From an uncultured Eubacterium sp. (lineage in GTDB: Bacteria > Bacillota > Clostridia > Lachnospirales > Lachnospiraceae), in assembly GCA_964548675.1 (NCBI GenBank), contig CAZJSI010000007.1, positions 1 through 34,465 of the forward strand: a stretch of DNA of 34,465 nucleotides. The letters are read 5' to 3'. The notes below the pieces were generated by a model. That model had not been told where the DNA came from. It searched no databases and was given only the letters and a program-made list of their open reading frames with translations. Shown one piece after another: positions 1 to 8,998 of this stretch (position 1 is the first letter of the stretch; each line of letters starts with the position of its first letter). A program made the translations under genes and the position numbers.

Positions 1-47
1 AAATTTCCTTAAGAATTTCTGGAATATAATGCAGAGAATTATTTTGA

Positions 48-56
48 TGTTATAAT
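48..56 (+). promoter_or_regulatory. Extended -10 sigma-A promoter element for the acyl-transfer operon
   Basis: TGtTATAAT at 48-56, a second TATAAT at 25-30, and RBS AGGAAGGAG at 132-140 before ATG 148. Confidence 0.55.
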
Positions 57-147
57 GGACAAAAATGGAATATTCTGGAGTGAAAGAGCCCGCAGGGCAC
101 GCTTTTGCTTTCGGTTATACAGGTGGTAAACAGGAAGGAGTGGAATA

Positions 148-1653
148 ATGAGAAATGTATTGGAATGGCTGGAGAGGACTGCAGAACGCCTGCCGGACAA
201 GTACGCATTTCTGGATTTGGAAAATAAAATTACTTTTCGGGAAATTATGCAAAGAGCGAAGTCAATTGGCATGGCGCTTGCGGAGGGAAAATGGAACCGG
301 GCGCCGATTCCGGTATTTTCCGGCCGAAATGTCTTTACTCCTTCTGCATTCTGGGGAGTAGTGTACAGCGGACAGGCCTATGTGCCGATTGATTCAAAAC
401 TGCCCGGGGCAAGAATACGGAAAATCCTTTCCCAATTGGAGCCTTCTGTTATTCTGGCGGATGAGGCAAGTTATGAAACGGTACGGGAATTTGCAGGGGA
501 TACACCGATTTTAGTTGTAGAAGAACTGTGCCGGACAAAAGCAGATTCGGTTCTGCTGGATAAAATCCGCTCGGAGATGGTGGAAACTGATCCTTTATAT
601 ATTATCTATACATCGGGTTCTACAGGAAATCCAAAAGGAGTTATAACATCTCATCATGCTCTGATGTGTTATATCGACGCATATTCAAAAGTAATGAAAA
701 TTGAAGAGGAGGACCGGCTGGGAAATCAGTCTCCACTGGATTACATTGCGGCGATCCGCGATATGTACCTGCCTTTGAGACACGGATGTTCCACATTGAT
801 CATTCCGAAAGAATATTTTATGGAACCGAATATGCTGTTTGGATGCATGAATGATTATCAGGTGACGTCCGTTGGCTGGAGCGTGTCTGCTTTTACGATC
901 GCTTTATCTCTCGGGGCCTTTGAAGAAACGGGGCTGACATCATTAAGAAAAATCTGCTTTTCCGGTTCTGTGATGCCGGCGAAGTGCCTTAGGGTATGGC
1001 AGGAGAATCTGCCGGACGCCAGATTTGTGAATCAGTATGGCCCGACAGAGGCGACGGCTTCCTGTACTTATTATGTGGTAGAGCATCTGGTGTCAGAGGA
1101 TGAGGTGCTTCCGATTGGAAAGGCGTATGAGAATTATCGGGTTTTCATTTTGAATGGGCAGAATGAGGAGGCCGAAGACGGAGAGCTGGGGGAGATATGT
1201 GTCAGCGGTCCATGCCTTGCACTGGGGTATTACCATGATGCAGAGCGGACAGGGGCTGCATTCATGCAGCATCCGGGCAATGACCGCTACAGGGAATTGA
1301 TATACCGTACCGGAGATATTGGACTGCGCAGAGCAGACGGTATCCTGGAATTTCATGGGCGCAAGGACCGTCAGATCAAGCATATGGGGCATCGCGTGGA
1401 ACTGGATGAAATAGAATATGCGGCAAATCAGCTCCCGGAGGTGAAGGAGAGCTGCTGTGTTTACAGGAAGGACAAAGAGAAATTATATTTGTTTTATCAG
1501 GGAGACATTGCCAAGCGGGAACTGCTCCTGAAACTGAGGGAAATATTGCCGGGATTTATGGTCCCAAGAAAAGTGCAGCAGATGGACAAACTTCCGAAGC
1601 TGCCCAATGGAAAAATTGATATGAATAAGATAGAAGAGGAGACAAGAAAATGA
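148..1653 (+). CDS. Stand-alone amino-acid adenylation (A-domain, DltA-like) enzyme with atypical substrate pocket
   Basis: Core motifs YIIYTSGSTGNPKG, NQYGPTE, GEICVSG..LALGY, YRTGD, GRKDRQIKHMGHRVELDEIE, PNGKID; good RBS. Confidence 0.93.
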   Translation: MRNVLEWLERTAERLPDKYAFLDLENKITFREIMQRAKSIGMALAEGKWNRAPIPVFSGRNVFTPSAFWGVVYSGQAYVPIDSKLPGARIRKILSQLEPSVILADEASYETVREFAGDTPILVVEELCRTKADSVLLDKIRSEMVETDPLYIIYTSGSTGNPKGVITSHHALMCYIDAYSKVMKIEEEDRLGNQSPLDYIAAIRDMYLPLRHGCSTLIIPKEYFMEPNMLFGCMNDYQVTSVGWSVSAFTIALSLGAFEETGLTSLRKICFSGSVMPAKCLRVWQENLPDARFVNQYGPTEATASCTYYVVEHLVSEDEVLPIGKAYENYRVFILNGQNEEAEDGELGEICVSGPCLALGYYHDAERTGAAFMQHPGNDRYRELIYRTGDIGLRRADGILEFHGRKDRQIKHMGHRVELDEIEYAANQLPEVKESCCVYRKDKEKLYLFYQGDIAKRELLLKLREILPGFMVPRKVQQMDKLPKLPNGKIDMNKIEEETRK

Positions 1654-1880
1654 GAGAAACAATTTTAGATATTTTAACAGAATTAAGACCGGATGTGGAT
1701 TTTGAAAATGAGACGGCGTTGATCAAAAACGGGATTTTAGAATCTTTTGACATTGTGTCACTGGTAGCTGAATTGTCGGATGAATTTGATATTACGATCC
1801 GTCCGAAAGATCTGACCCCGGAAAATTTTAATTCATTGGATGCGATTTGCTCATTGGTAGAAGTGTTGACAGAGGAGTAG
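1650..1880 (+). CDS. Acyl/aminoacyl carrier protein (DltC-like)
   Basis: 76 aa and acidic; GILESFDI phosphopantetheine-site-like motif; PENFNS C-terminal motif; ATGA overlap with the upstream gene. Confidence 0.92.
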   Translation: MRETILDILTELRPDVDFENETALIKNGILESFDIVSLVAELSDEFDITIRPKDLTPENFNSLDAICSLVEVLTEE

Positions 1881-1883
1881 AAA

Positions 1884-3074
1884 ATGTGGAACAGTGAAAT
1901 GACGAAACCGTGTACACCCGCTTATATATTTGATGTGGATGTATTTGCCGATCGCTGCAGGCGTGTGAAATCGGCGGTGGGAGATATCCCTTTTACTTAT
2001 TCCATAAAGGCAAATCCCTTTCTGCTGAAGTGTATCCCGGAGGAGATTGCCCATGTGGAGGTATGCAGCCCGGGTGAATTGAGCATATGCATGGCGCTGA
2101 AGGTTTCGCCGGAATCTATCATATATTCAGGCGTTACCAAGGAAATGCGGGATGTAGAGCAGGCAGTTGCCTATGATGTAGGTATCCTGACGGCAGAAAG
2201 CCTGTTGCATGTCGAATTGGAGAACCAGGCTGTCAGAAAATCCGGAAAAGAGAAAAAACGGGTCATTTTGCGGCTCACCAGCGGCAACCAGTTCGGTATG
2301 TCTGCGAGTGATATCAAAACGGTCATTGCGGACAGAGACCGGTATGAAGGGCTGGAATTTTATGGAATTCATTATTATTCCGGAACTCAGAAAAAGATGC
2401 GCCAGATCAAAAAGGATATGCAGCGGCTTGAGACATTGCTGCAGGAACTGAAAGAGGAATTTGGATTTGAAGCTCAGCTGGTAGAGTATGGGCCGGGACT
2501 CGGCGTAGACTATTTTGAACCGCCTTATGAGGAGACGGATATGCAGATGCTCCGGGAAGTTATGCCGGTAATTATGGAATTTGCAGACAAATATCCACTG
2601 GGCATTGAGATGGGGCGCTTTTTGGCTGCTCCCTGCGGAAGCTACCTGACTCAGATCAAGGACAGCAAGGAGAATAGCGATACCAATTATCTCATATGTG
2701 ACGGAGGTATTCATCATTTGAAATACCATGGCCAGACTATGGCCATGCAGGTACCGCCGATCAAAGTGTATAAAGAATATGGGAGAGAATCGGAAATACC
2801 CGTACAGAGCGATACCCATATCCCGTATATGATCTGCGGGAGCCTTTGTACGGTTGCAGATGTACTGGTGCGCGAGGCAGAACTCCCACCGGTTGAAATT
2901 GGTGATCATCTGCTTTTTGGACGCTGCGGGGCATATTCCGTGACTGAGGGAACGGCGTTGTTCCTCTCCAGAACGATGCCGCAGATTTATTTATACAAAA
3001 GAGAAAAAGGATACTTGCTGGAACGAGATTTTATCGAGTCAGCTTCGCTGAATATGACAGGTGACAGAATATGA
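1884..3074 (+). CDS. Fold-type III PLP-dependent decarboxylase (DAP decarboxylase/BtrK-like)
   Basis: YSIKANP (PLP Lys), EVCSPGEL, HYYSGTQ, GPGLG, EMGRFL, GSLCTVAD (Cys), GAYS. Confidence 0.88.
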   Translation: MWNSEMTKPCTPAYIFDVDVFADRCRRVKSAVGDIPFTYSIKANPFLLKCIPEEIAHVEVCSPGELSICMALKVSPESIIYSGVTKEMRDVEQAVAYDVGILTAESLLHVELENQAVRKSGKEKKRVILRLTSGNQFGMSASDIKTVIADRDRYEGLEFYGIHYYSGTQKKMRQIKKDMQRLETLLQELKEEFGFEAQLVEYGPGLGVDYFEPPYEETDMQMLREVMPVIMEFADKYPLGIEMGRFLAAPCGSYLTQIKDSKENSDTNYLICDGGIHHLKYHGQTMAMQVPPIKVYKEYGRESEIPVQSDTHIPYMICGSLCTVADVLVREAELPPVEIGDHLLFGRCGAYSVTEGTALFLSRTMPQIYLYKREKGYLLERDFIESASLNMTGDRI

Positions 3075-4675
3075 GTTTGATTTCTTTGCAGTTCGCCATA
3101 TTTGTGTTGGCGGCGGTTGTAGTATATTATTTGTTCCCGAGGAAATATCGTTGGGTTGTGCTTCTTGCGGCCAGTTATGCATATTATCTGATCATATGTA
3201 ATAAATATATCATTTATATGATGGTTACGACGGTAAGCGCATATCTGGGAGCGCGGATCATTGAATCGGGATATCAGAAACAGTCTGCTGTCCTGAAAGC
3301 CCATAAAGGGGAGTGGAGCAGGGAAGAAAGAAAAGCGTATAAGAAAAAAGTGACAGGAAAATGCCGGGGGACGATGCTTGTAGTTTTAGTGCTGAACTTC
3401 GGCATTTTGGGGATTTTGAAATATTCCGGTTTCGCATCAGATGTGGCGTCTTCGATAGCAGGCCTGTTCGGCGCTCACGTGAAGTTCCCCGAGTTAGGTT
3501 TTCTGCTCCCGCTGGGAATTTCATTCTACACGTTCCAGACGATGGGATATGTCATTGATGTATACCAGGAGAAAGTGGCGGCGGAGAAGAATATTGCACG
3601 ATTTGCACTGTTCGTCTCTTTCTTCCCGCAGATCATACAGGGACCGATCGCTATGTATGACGACCTGGCGCATCAGTTGTACGAACCTCATGATTTTCGG
3701 TTTCGGAATCTGAAAAACGGAGCCGCCCTGATCCTGTGGGGGATTTTTAAGAAGATGGTGATCGCAGACCGGGCAGTCGCAGTGATAAACCTTGTTACTG
3801 CTGATTCCAATGCATTTTCCGGAACCTTTATATTGTTTGCGGCCCTTCTGTACGCCCTCCAGTTATATGCAGATTTTTCCGGCGGTATTGATATTGTAAG
3901 AGGTATCGGTGAAATCTTTGGTATTCGGATGGCGGAAAACTTCAGGCGGCCATATTTTTCAAAATCCCTGACAGAATATTGGCATCGCTGGCATATGACC
4001 CTGGGTAACTGGGTGAGAAATTATGTGTTTTACCCTCTGTCTATTTCAAAGAAATTTTTGAACATGGGCAAGTGGATGCAGAAACATTGTGGAAAACATC
4101 TGGCAAAAGTCGTTCCCACCAGCCTGGCATCTCTGATCACTTTCCTGATCATTGGCATCTGGCATGGGGCCAACGGAAAGTATGTGGCGTTTGGCCTGTG
4201 GAATGGCGTTGTAATTATGCTGATTGAGATATGTCGTCCTTTTAACGAAAAAGTTGGGGATGCGCTGCATGTCAATCGGGAAGGAAAGCTATATCAGCTT
4301 GCCGCCATTATATGGACGTTTATTTTAGTCCTGGTTGGATATTATTTTGATATCGCGCAGAATTTTAAAGATGCTGTGAATATGCTTGTGCGCTCTGTGA
4401 CGGACCTGCATATTTCAGATGTCGGTCAGGTGGCGTGCCTGAAACCGGCGGGGCTTGACAAATATGATTATATGATGATCCTTCTGGGGGGGATAATTAT
4501 TTTTATCATTTCTGTGATACAGGAGCGGAGCGGTCAGAGTATCAGGGAAATGCTCTGGCAGAGAAAACAAAAAGTACAGTGGGCGGCGTTCCTGATAGGA
4601 ATGGTCGTGGTTTTGATCTTCGGATATTATGGCCCGCATATGACGCCGGCAGACTTTGTTTATATGCAATTCTAA
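3071..4675 (+). CDS. MBOAT family membrane O-acyltransferase (AlgI/PatA/DltB-like)
   Basis: LPLGISFYTFQ, FFPQIIQGPI, YADFSG, ENFRRPY..S..EYWHRWHMTL, GIWHG (catalytic His), C-terminal FVYMQF. Confidence 0.95.
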   Translation: MSLISLQFAIFVLAAVVVYYLFPRKYRWVVLLAASYAYYLIICNKYIIYMMVTTVSAYLGARIIESGYQKQSAVLKAHKGEWSREERKAYKKKVTGKCRGTMLVVLVLNFGILGILKYSGFASDVASSIAGLFGAHVKFPELGFLLPLGISFYTFQTMGYVIDVYQEKVAAEKNIARFALFVSFFPQIIQGPIAMYDDLAHQLYEPHDFRFRNLKNGAALILWGIFKKMVIADRAVAVINLVTADSNAFSGTFILFAALLYALQLYADFSGGIDIVRGIGEIFGIRMAENFRRPYFSKSLTEYWHRWHMTLGNWVRNYVFYPLSISKKFLNMGKWMQKHCGKHLAKVVPTSLASLITFLIIGIWHGANGKYVAFGLWNGVVIMLIEICRPFNEKVGDALHVNREGKLYQLAAIIWTFILVLVGYYFDIAQNFKDAVNMLVRSVTDLHISDVGQVACLKPAGLDKYDYMMILLGGIIIFIISVIQERSGQSIREMLWQRKQKVQWAAFLIGMVVVLIFGYYGPHMTPADFVYMQF

Positions 4676-4693
4676 GAGAAAGGAGAGTGCAGA

Positions 4694-5794
4694 ATGAAAA
4701 AGAAAGCAGTGAAATTGACGATTTTTTTGATAATTGCATTTGTCATTTTTCTCGGATTGTCAGAGGCGTCCAAGGATATCAGCCGTACGTGTATATCCAG
4801 TATAAAAGGATTTTATACGGAGCCGGAGGATTCTCTGGATGTGGTTCTGGTCGGAGCCAGTGAAGTATATGCGGGATATTCCCCGACAGAAGCATGGAAA
4901 GAGCACGGCTATACTTCCTACGATTTAGCCAGCGCCGGTGTGCCGGGCAACTTGTATAAATCCATGCTGAAAGAAGTGATGAGGAGCCAGAAACCGAAAG
5001 TGGTTGTGTTTGAAATAAATGGTTTTCTTTATAATGAGAACTATTTTAAGGACAGCGGGAGCCTGCATAAATATATTGATAATATGAAGATATCCCAAAA
5101 CTGGATAGATACGATACGGGAAGTTATTCCGGAAGAAGAACAGGGATATTATTTTTCGCCGCTATCTACTTATCATGATAATTGGAAGAATCCCAAGGGA
5201 GCGATAAAAAGTGTTGTCACTAAAGTGCTGATCAGGCTGCATGGCCGTTCCAATCTGAAAGGGCTGGCAACTTTTTCGCAGTATAGGAACAGTAAGGACA
5301 AGCTGACTGTAGACAGCGGGATTATGCTGACGGAACAGGGAAAGGAATATCTGGAAGAACTGTGCCGGACCTGTCAGGAAGAGGGAGTGGAAAATGTTCT
5401 GTTTGTACGTTTCCCGCATTTGAGGGAAGTGGAAAATAAGGATGTTTTTCCAAAAGTAGAAGAAATCGTAAAATCTTATGGTTATGATTTCCTTAATGTG
5501 ACGGATTATGAGAGCCTCGGACTGGATAAAGACCATGATTTTTATAATAAAGATCATATGAATTATTATGGAATGAGGAAATTTACGACATATTTTGGAG
5601 AATATCTGACCCAAAATTATGATCTGCCCGTTCAGCATGATGAGGCGGTGGAAGAAGAGTGGGCTGCCTGCACGGAAAAGGCAGACGAGATCTTTCGCCA
5701 GTGTGAAGAAGACTTTGAGAAGGGACAGACCAGACATTATATGGAGACGTCCTGTTACTTTAAACCCGAATTGAGAAAAAGTAAAGTTAAATAA
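4694..5794 (+). CDS. Membrane-anchored SGNH-like acyltransferase partner (DltD/AlgJ/PatB-like)
   Basis: N-terminal basic + hydrophobic anchor; VLVGASE (GxS nucleophile block); DFYNKDHMN (DxxH-like, with N for D); directly follows the MBOAT. Confidence 0.75.
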   Translation: MKKKAVKLTIFLIIAFVIFLGLSEASKDISRTCISSIKGFYTEPEDSLDVVLVGASEVYAGYSPTEAWKEHGYTSYDLASAGVPGNLYKSMLKEVMRSQKPKVVVFEINGFLYNENYFKDSGSLHKYIDNMKISQNWIDTIREVIPEEEQGYYFSPLSTYHDNWKNPKGAIKSVVTKVLIRLHGRSNLKGLATFSQYRNSKDKLTVDSGIMLTEQGKEYLEELCRTCQEEGVENVLFVRFPHLREVENKDVFPKVEEIVKSYGYDFLNVTDYESLGLDKDHDFYNKDHMNYYGMRKFTTYFGEYLTQNYDLPVQHDEAVEEEWAACTEKADEIFRQCEEDFEKGQTRHYMETSCYFKPELRKSKVK

Positions 5795-5846
5795 AAACAG
5801 GAATTTCGGGACCTGTTGGTAAATTTGAAATCTTTGTGAATTTTCT

Positions 5847-5874
5847 TTGCTCCGTACTTTTTTTGTGTTACAAT
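5847..5874 (+). promoter_or_regulatory. Putative sigma-A promoter for the sugar transferase
   Basis: TTGCTC at 5847 and extended -10 TGtTACAAT at 5866-5874. Confidence 0.4.
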
Positions 5875-5923
5875 GCAATGCAGGTATTGTTGAAGAACTT
5901 ATTTTTGCAGAGGCTGTTTACTA

Positions 5924-7339
5924 ATGTATAAAAAAGCACATCAATCATGGGTAAAACATCTTGATTTTACAATTTTGGATTTGGCGTTATTAGGATTATC
6001 ATACTATATATCCTGTTTGCTGCGTTTTCGGATGCATATTCCTGCCGCTCAGGTTCAGATGCTGATACAATTGGGAATTGTCCTGATATTGATCTATTTC
6101 TGCGCAGCTCTATTTGGCCTGGCCTATAAAAATATTTTGAGAAGAAACAGATGGGCGGAATTGCGGTCGGTTTTGATTCAGGCAATTCTGACATTTTCTG
6201 TTTTTACCATATTTCTTTATATTACCAAACAGGGCGATCTGTTTTCACGAACGATCTATTTAGTGACAGGAATTATCAGCGCTGTTTTCATATACTGCGA
6301 GCGCATTGTCTGGAAACGGATTCTGAGGCTTCACTTCCTTAATAATGAAAATCTGCCTCACATGCTGATCGTTGCGAATGATGATACGGCGGCAGCATGT
6401 GCCCGGGCGATAAATAAACGCCGGTATAATGATTTCTTTGTAACGGGTCTCATTGTGGTTAATAAGGATATGAAGGGACAGACGATAGAAGGGTGTCCTG
6501 TCGTCTGCAATGCAGGCGAGATCAAGTCGTATGTCCTGTCAGAAGTTGTTGATGAGATTTTCCTCAGTATACGTGATGGAAAAAAACAGAACCAGCTAAT
6601 AGAATATTTTTTGGAAGCGGGTATTACCGTTCATATAAGCTTGATTTCGAATACGAAGGATCTGCCCAACAAATTTGTGGAAAAGATCGGCGGTTATATG
6701 GTGCTGACTACGAGTAACCGCATGGCCTCCGGCGGGCAGTTGTTTATGAAAAGACTGATGGATATTGTCGGAAGCCTGATCGGCCTGGCGATAACGGGGG
6801 TGCTGTTTGTATATCTGGCGCCACAGATTTATCGTGCCGATCCGGGACCGATTTTTTTTTCACAGATTCGGGTAGGCAAAAACGGGCGTCAGTTTAAAAT
6901 ATATAAATTCCGTTCTATGTATCTGGATGCGGAAAAGCGTAAAGCGGAATTGATGGCAGAGAATGAAATGAACGGCCTGATGTTTAAAATGAAAAACGAT
7001 CCCCGGATCCTGCCGGGAATAGGGAATGTGATGCGTGATTGGAGTCTCGATGAATTTCCTCAGTTCCTCAATATTTTAAAAGGAGATATGAGCCTTGTAG
7101 GTACACGTCCTCCCACAGTGGACGAGTTCAGAAAATATGATATCCATCATAAAATGAGGCTCAGTTTTAAGCCGGGGCTCACCGGTTTGTGGCAGGTGAG
7201 CGGGCGGAACAGCATAACGGATTTTAAAGAAGTTGTGGCTCTGGACAACCGGTATATTAAGCAATGGTCCATTGGCCTGGATGTTAAAATATTATTGAAA
7301 ACGATAAAAGTGGTATTGCATAGAGATGGGGCAATGTGA
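5924..7339 (+). CDS. Polyprenyl-phosphate sugar-1-phosphate (priming) transferase, WcaJ/CpsE family
   Basis: N-terminal TM segments; KRLMDI, GPIFFSQIRVGKNG..F.IYKFRSM, DPR, LDEFPQFLNILKGDMSLVGTRP, KPGLTGLWQVSGR. Confidence 0.93.
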   Translation: MYKKAHQSWVKHLDFTILDLALLGLSYYISCLLRFRMHIPAAQVQMLIQLGIVLILIYFCAALFGLAYKNILRRNRWAELRSVLIQAILTFSVFTIFLYITKQGDLFSRTIYLVTGIISAVFIYCERIVWKRILRLHFLNNENLPHMLIVANDDTAAACARAINKRRYNDFFVTGLIVVNKDMKGQTIEGCPVVCNAGEIKSYVLSEVVDEIFLSIRDGKKQNQLIEYFLEAGITVHISLISNTKDLPNKFVEKIGGYMVLTTSNRMASGGQLFMKRLMDIVGSLIGLAITGVLFVYLAPQIYRADPGPIFFSQIRVGKNGRQFKIYKFRSMYLDAEKRKAELMAENEMNGLMFKMKNDPRILPGIGNVMRDWSLDEFPQFLNILKGDMSLVGTRPPTVDEFRKYDIHHKMRLSFKPGLTGLWQVSGRNSITDFKEVVALDNRYIKQWSIGLDVKILLKTIKVVLHRDGAM

Positions 7340-7360
7340 TCAATGTTTTTGATAATACAG

Positions 7361-7389
7361 TAGACATATTTTTTTGATTATGATAGAAT
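7361..7389 (+). promoter_or_regulatory. Sigma-A promoter for the ABC/LicD/TarI operon
   Basis: TAGACA-N17-TAGAAT with TG extension at 7381-7382. Confidence 0.6.
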
Positions 7390-7467
7390 ATGTAGTCGCA
7401 AAGAATTAACTGACAAGCCGAAAAATACAGGTTGAGGTATATAAAAGTAGAGGAATCAGGGGAAACA

Positions 7468-8262
7468 ATGAAAAAATTTTTTAGAGATGTAAAGAAATAT
7501 TTTAAGTATGTGATCTTTGCCGGCCAGACTGAACTGAAAGCGGAGGTGGCAAATTCTTATTTGAACTGGTTGTGGTGGATCATAGAGCCGATCTGCTTTA
7601 TGTTTATTTATTCATTTGTGTTTGGCTTTTTATTTGGGGCAAAGGAAGCACATTTTAATATTTTTGTATATATTGGTATCACGATGTGGGATTTTTTCAA
7701 CCGGATGTTGACTTCCAGCGTACAGGTGGTCAGAAACAACAAAGCGATTGTGTCAAAGGTATATATTCCAAAATATATGCTGATCTTCATTAAAATGTAT
7801 GTAAACGCATTTAAAATGTTTGTGGCATTTATTTTGATGTTCATTATGATGGCCGTTACCAGGGTTCCCTTTACACTGCAGATTTTGTGGCTTATACCGA
7901 TTGTATTGACATTGTTCTGCATCACTTTTGCAATATGTTCTATTTTGCTGCACTTCGGTGTGTTTGTGGACGACCTGGCGAATGTGGTCAAGATCTTTCT
8001 GAGAATGATGTTTTACCTGACCGGTGTATTTTACAATTTGAGCGATAAAGTGGGAAGCGTCCTGGGGGAGAAATGGGCTATATTAATAGGACACCTGAAC
8101 CCGATGGCAAGCCTCATTACGGATATGAGGCTTGCGCTGCTTAACGGAACAATGCCGGATATAAAATTCACTGCAGTATGGTTTGTATTAGGTATTTTGG
8201 TTTCCATGCTGGGAATCCGGTTGATCTATAAAAATGAAAACAGTTATGTGAAGGTGATCTGA
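7468..8262 (+). CDS. Glycopolymer ABC exporter permease (TagG/Wzm)
   Basis: SYLNWLWWIIEP, multiple TM helices, LNPMA motif; ATG 7468 after CAGGGG preferred over the ORF-track TTG at 7432. Confidence 0.92.
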   Translation: MKKFFRDVKKYFKYVIFAGQTELKAEVANSYLNWLWWIIEPICFMFIYSFVFGFLFGAKEAHFNIFVYIGITMWDFFNRMLTSSVQVVRNNKAIVSKVYIPKYMLIFIKMYVNAFKMFVAFILMFIMMAVTRVPFTLQILWLIPIVLTLFCITFAICSILLHFGVFVDDLANVVKIFLRMMFYLTGVFYNLSDKVGSVLGEKWAILIGHLNPMASLITDMRLALLNGTMPDIKFTAVWFVLGILVSMLGIRLIYKNENSYVKVI

Positions 8263-8990
8263 TGGGTGAAATAGCGATTGAAGTAAAGGATTTGTGTATA
8301 AATTACAGGACATTGGGTTCTTATTCCATTAAAAAGATGCTGCTCCAGGGGAAAAAAAGCCAGAAAGAAGATTTTCAGGCAGTAAAACATGTGAGTTTTT
8401 CTTTGGAAAAAGGGGAAATACTAGGCATTATAGGGAAAAACGGAAGCGGAAAATCTACGATGTTAAACTCGATTGCCGGCATATTTGCCCCGAATGAGGG
8501 AAGTATTGACCTGCACGGCCACAGTGTGTCGCTGCTGTCCATCGGAGTCGGCTTCAAGAAAAATATATCCGGCCGGGAAAATATTCTGCTGTCGGGAATG
8601 CTGCTCGGATTTCCGAAGAACTATATTAAAGAAAAAATGGATGAGATTATTGAATTCTCTGAGCTGGGGGATTTTATAGACAAGCCGGTGAGGACATATT
8701 CCAGCGGTATGTATTCCAAATTGGCTTTTTCCGTTACGGCTATACTGGAGACGGAAATTATGCTGATTGATGAAGTGCTTAGTGTGGGTGACGAGCATTT
8801 CCGGAAAAAGAGCCTGGCGAAGATGAAATCATTGATCAGTGATAAAAACAGGACAGTTGTAATTGTGTCCCACAGCATTACGACTTTAAAGGAACTGTGC
8901 ACACAGGTCATGTGGATGCATGAGGGTGAGATCAAAATGCTGGGCAATCCGGATGAAGTCCTGAAAAAATACAAAGAATTTATGAAGTAG
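8262..8990 (+). CDS. Glycopolymer ABC exporter ATPase (TagH/Wzt), no C-terminal carbohydrate-binding domain
   Basis: Walker A GKNGSGKS, signature YSSGM, Walker B IMLIDE, VSH; only 242 aa. Confidence 0.94.
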   Translation: MGEIAIEVKDLCINYRTLGSYSIKKMLLQGKKSQKEDFQAVKHVSFSLEKGEILGIIGKNGSGKSTMLNSIAGIFAPNEGSIDLHGHSVSLLSIGVGFKKNISGRENILLSGMLLGFPKNYIKEKMDEIIEFSELGDFIDKPVRTYSSGMYSKLAFSVTAILETEIMLIDEVLSVGDEHFRKKSLAKMKSLISDKNRTVVIVSHSITTLKELCTQVMWMHEGEIKMLGNPDEVLKKYKEFMK

Positions 8991-8998
8991 GTGTCAAT

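Noticed and set aside
2127-2909. 260-aa antisense ORF (likewise 5162-5878, 16671-17264, 21227-21814)
   Set aside because: They overlap well-supported + strand genes and have shadow-ORF composition.
148-5794. Calling this a canonical dltABCD operon, an NRPS cluster, or the decarboxylase lysA
   Set aside because: The A4 Asp is absent, there are no condensation or thioesterase domains, and the decarboxylase motifs and context differ from housekeeping LysA; no gene symbols assigned.
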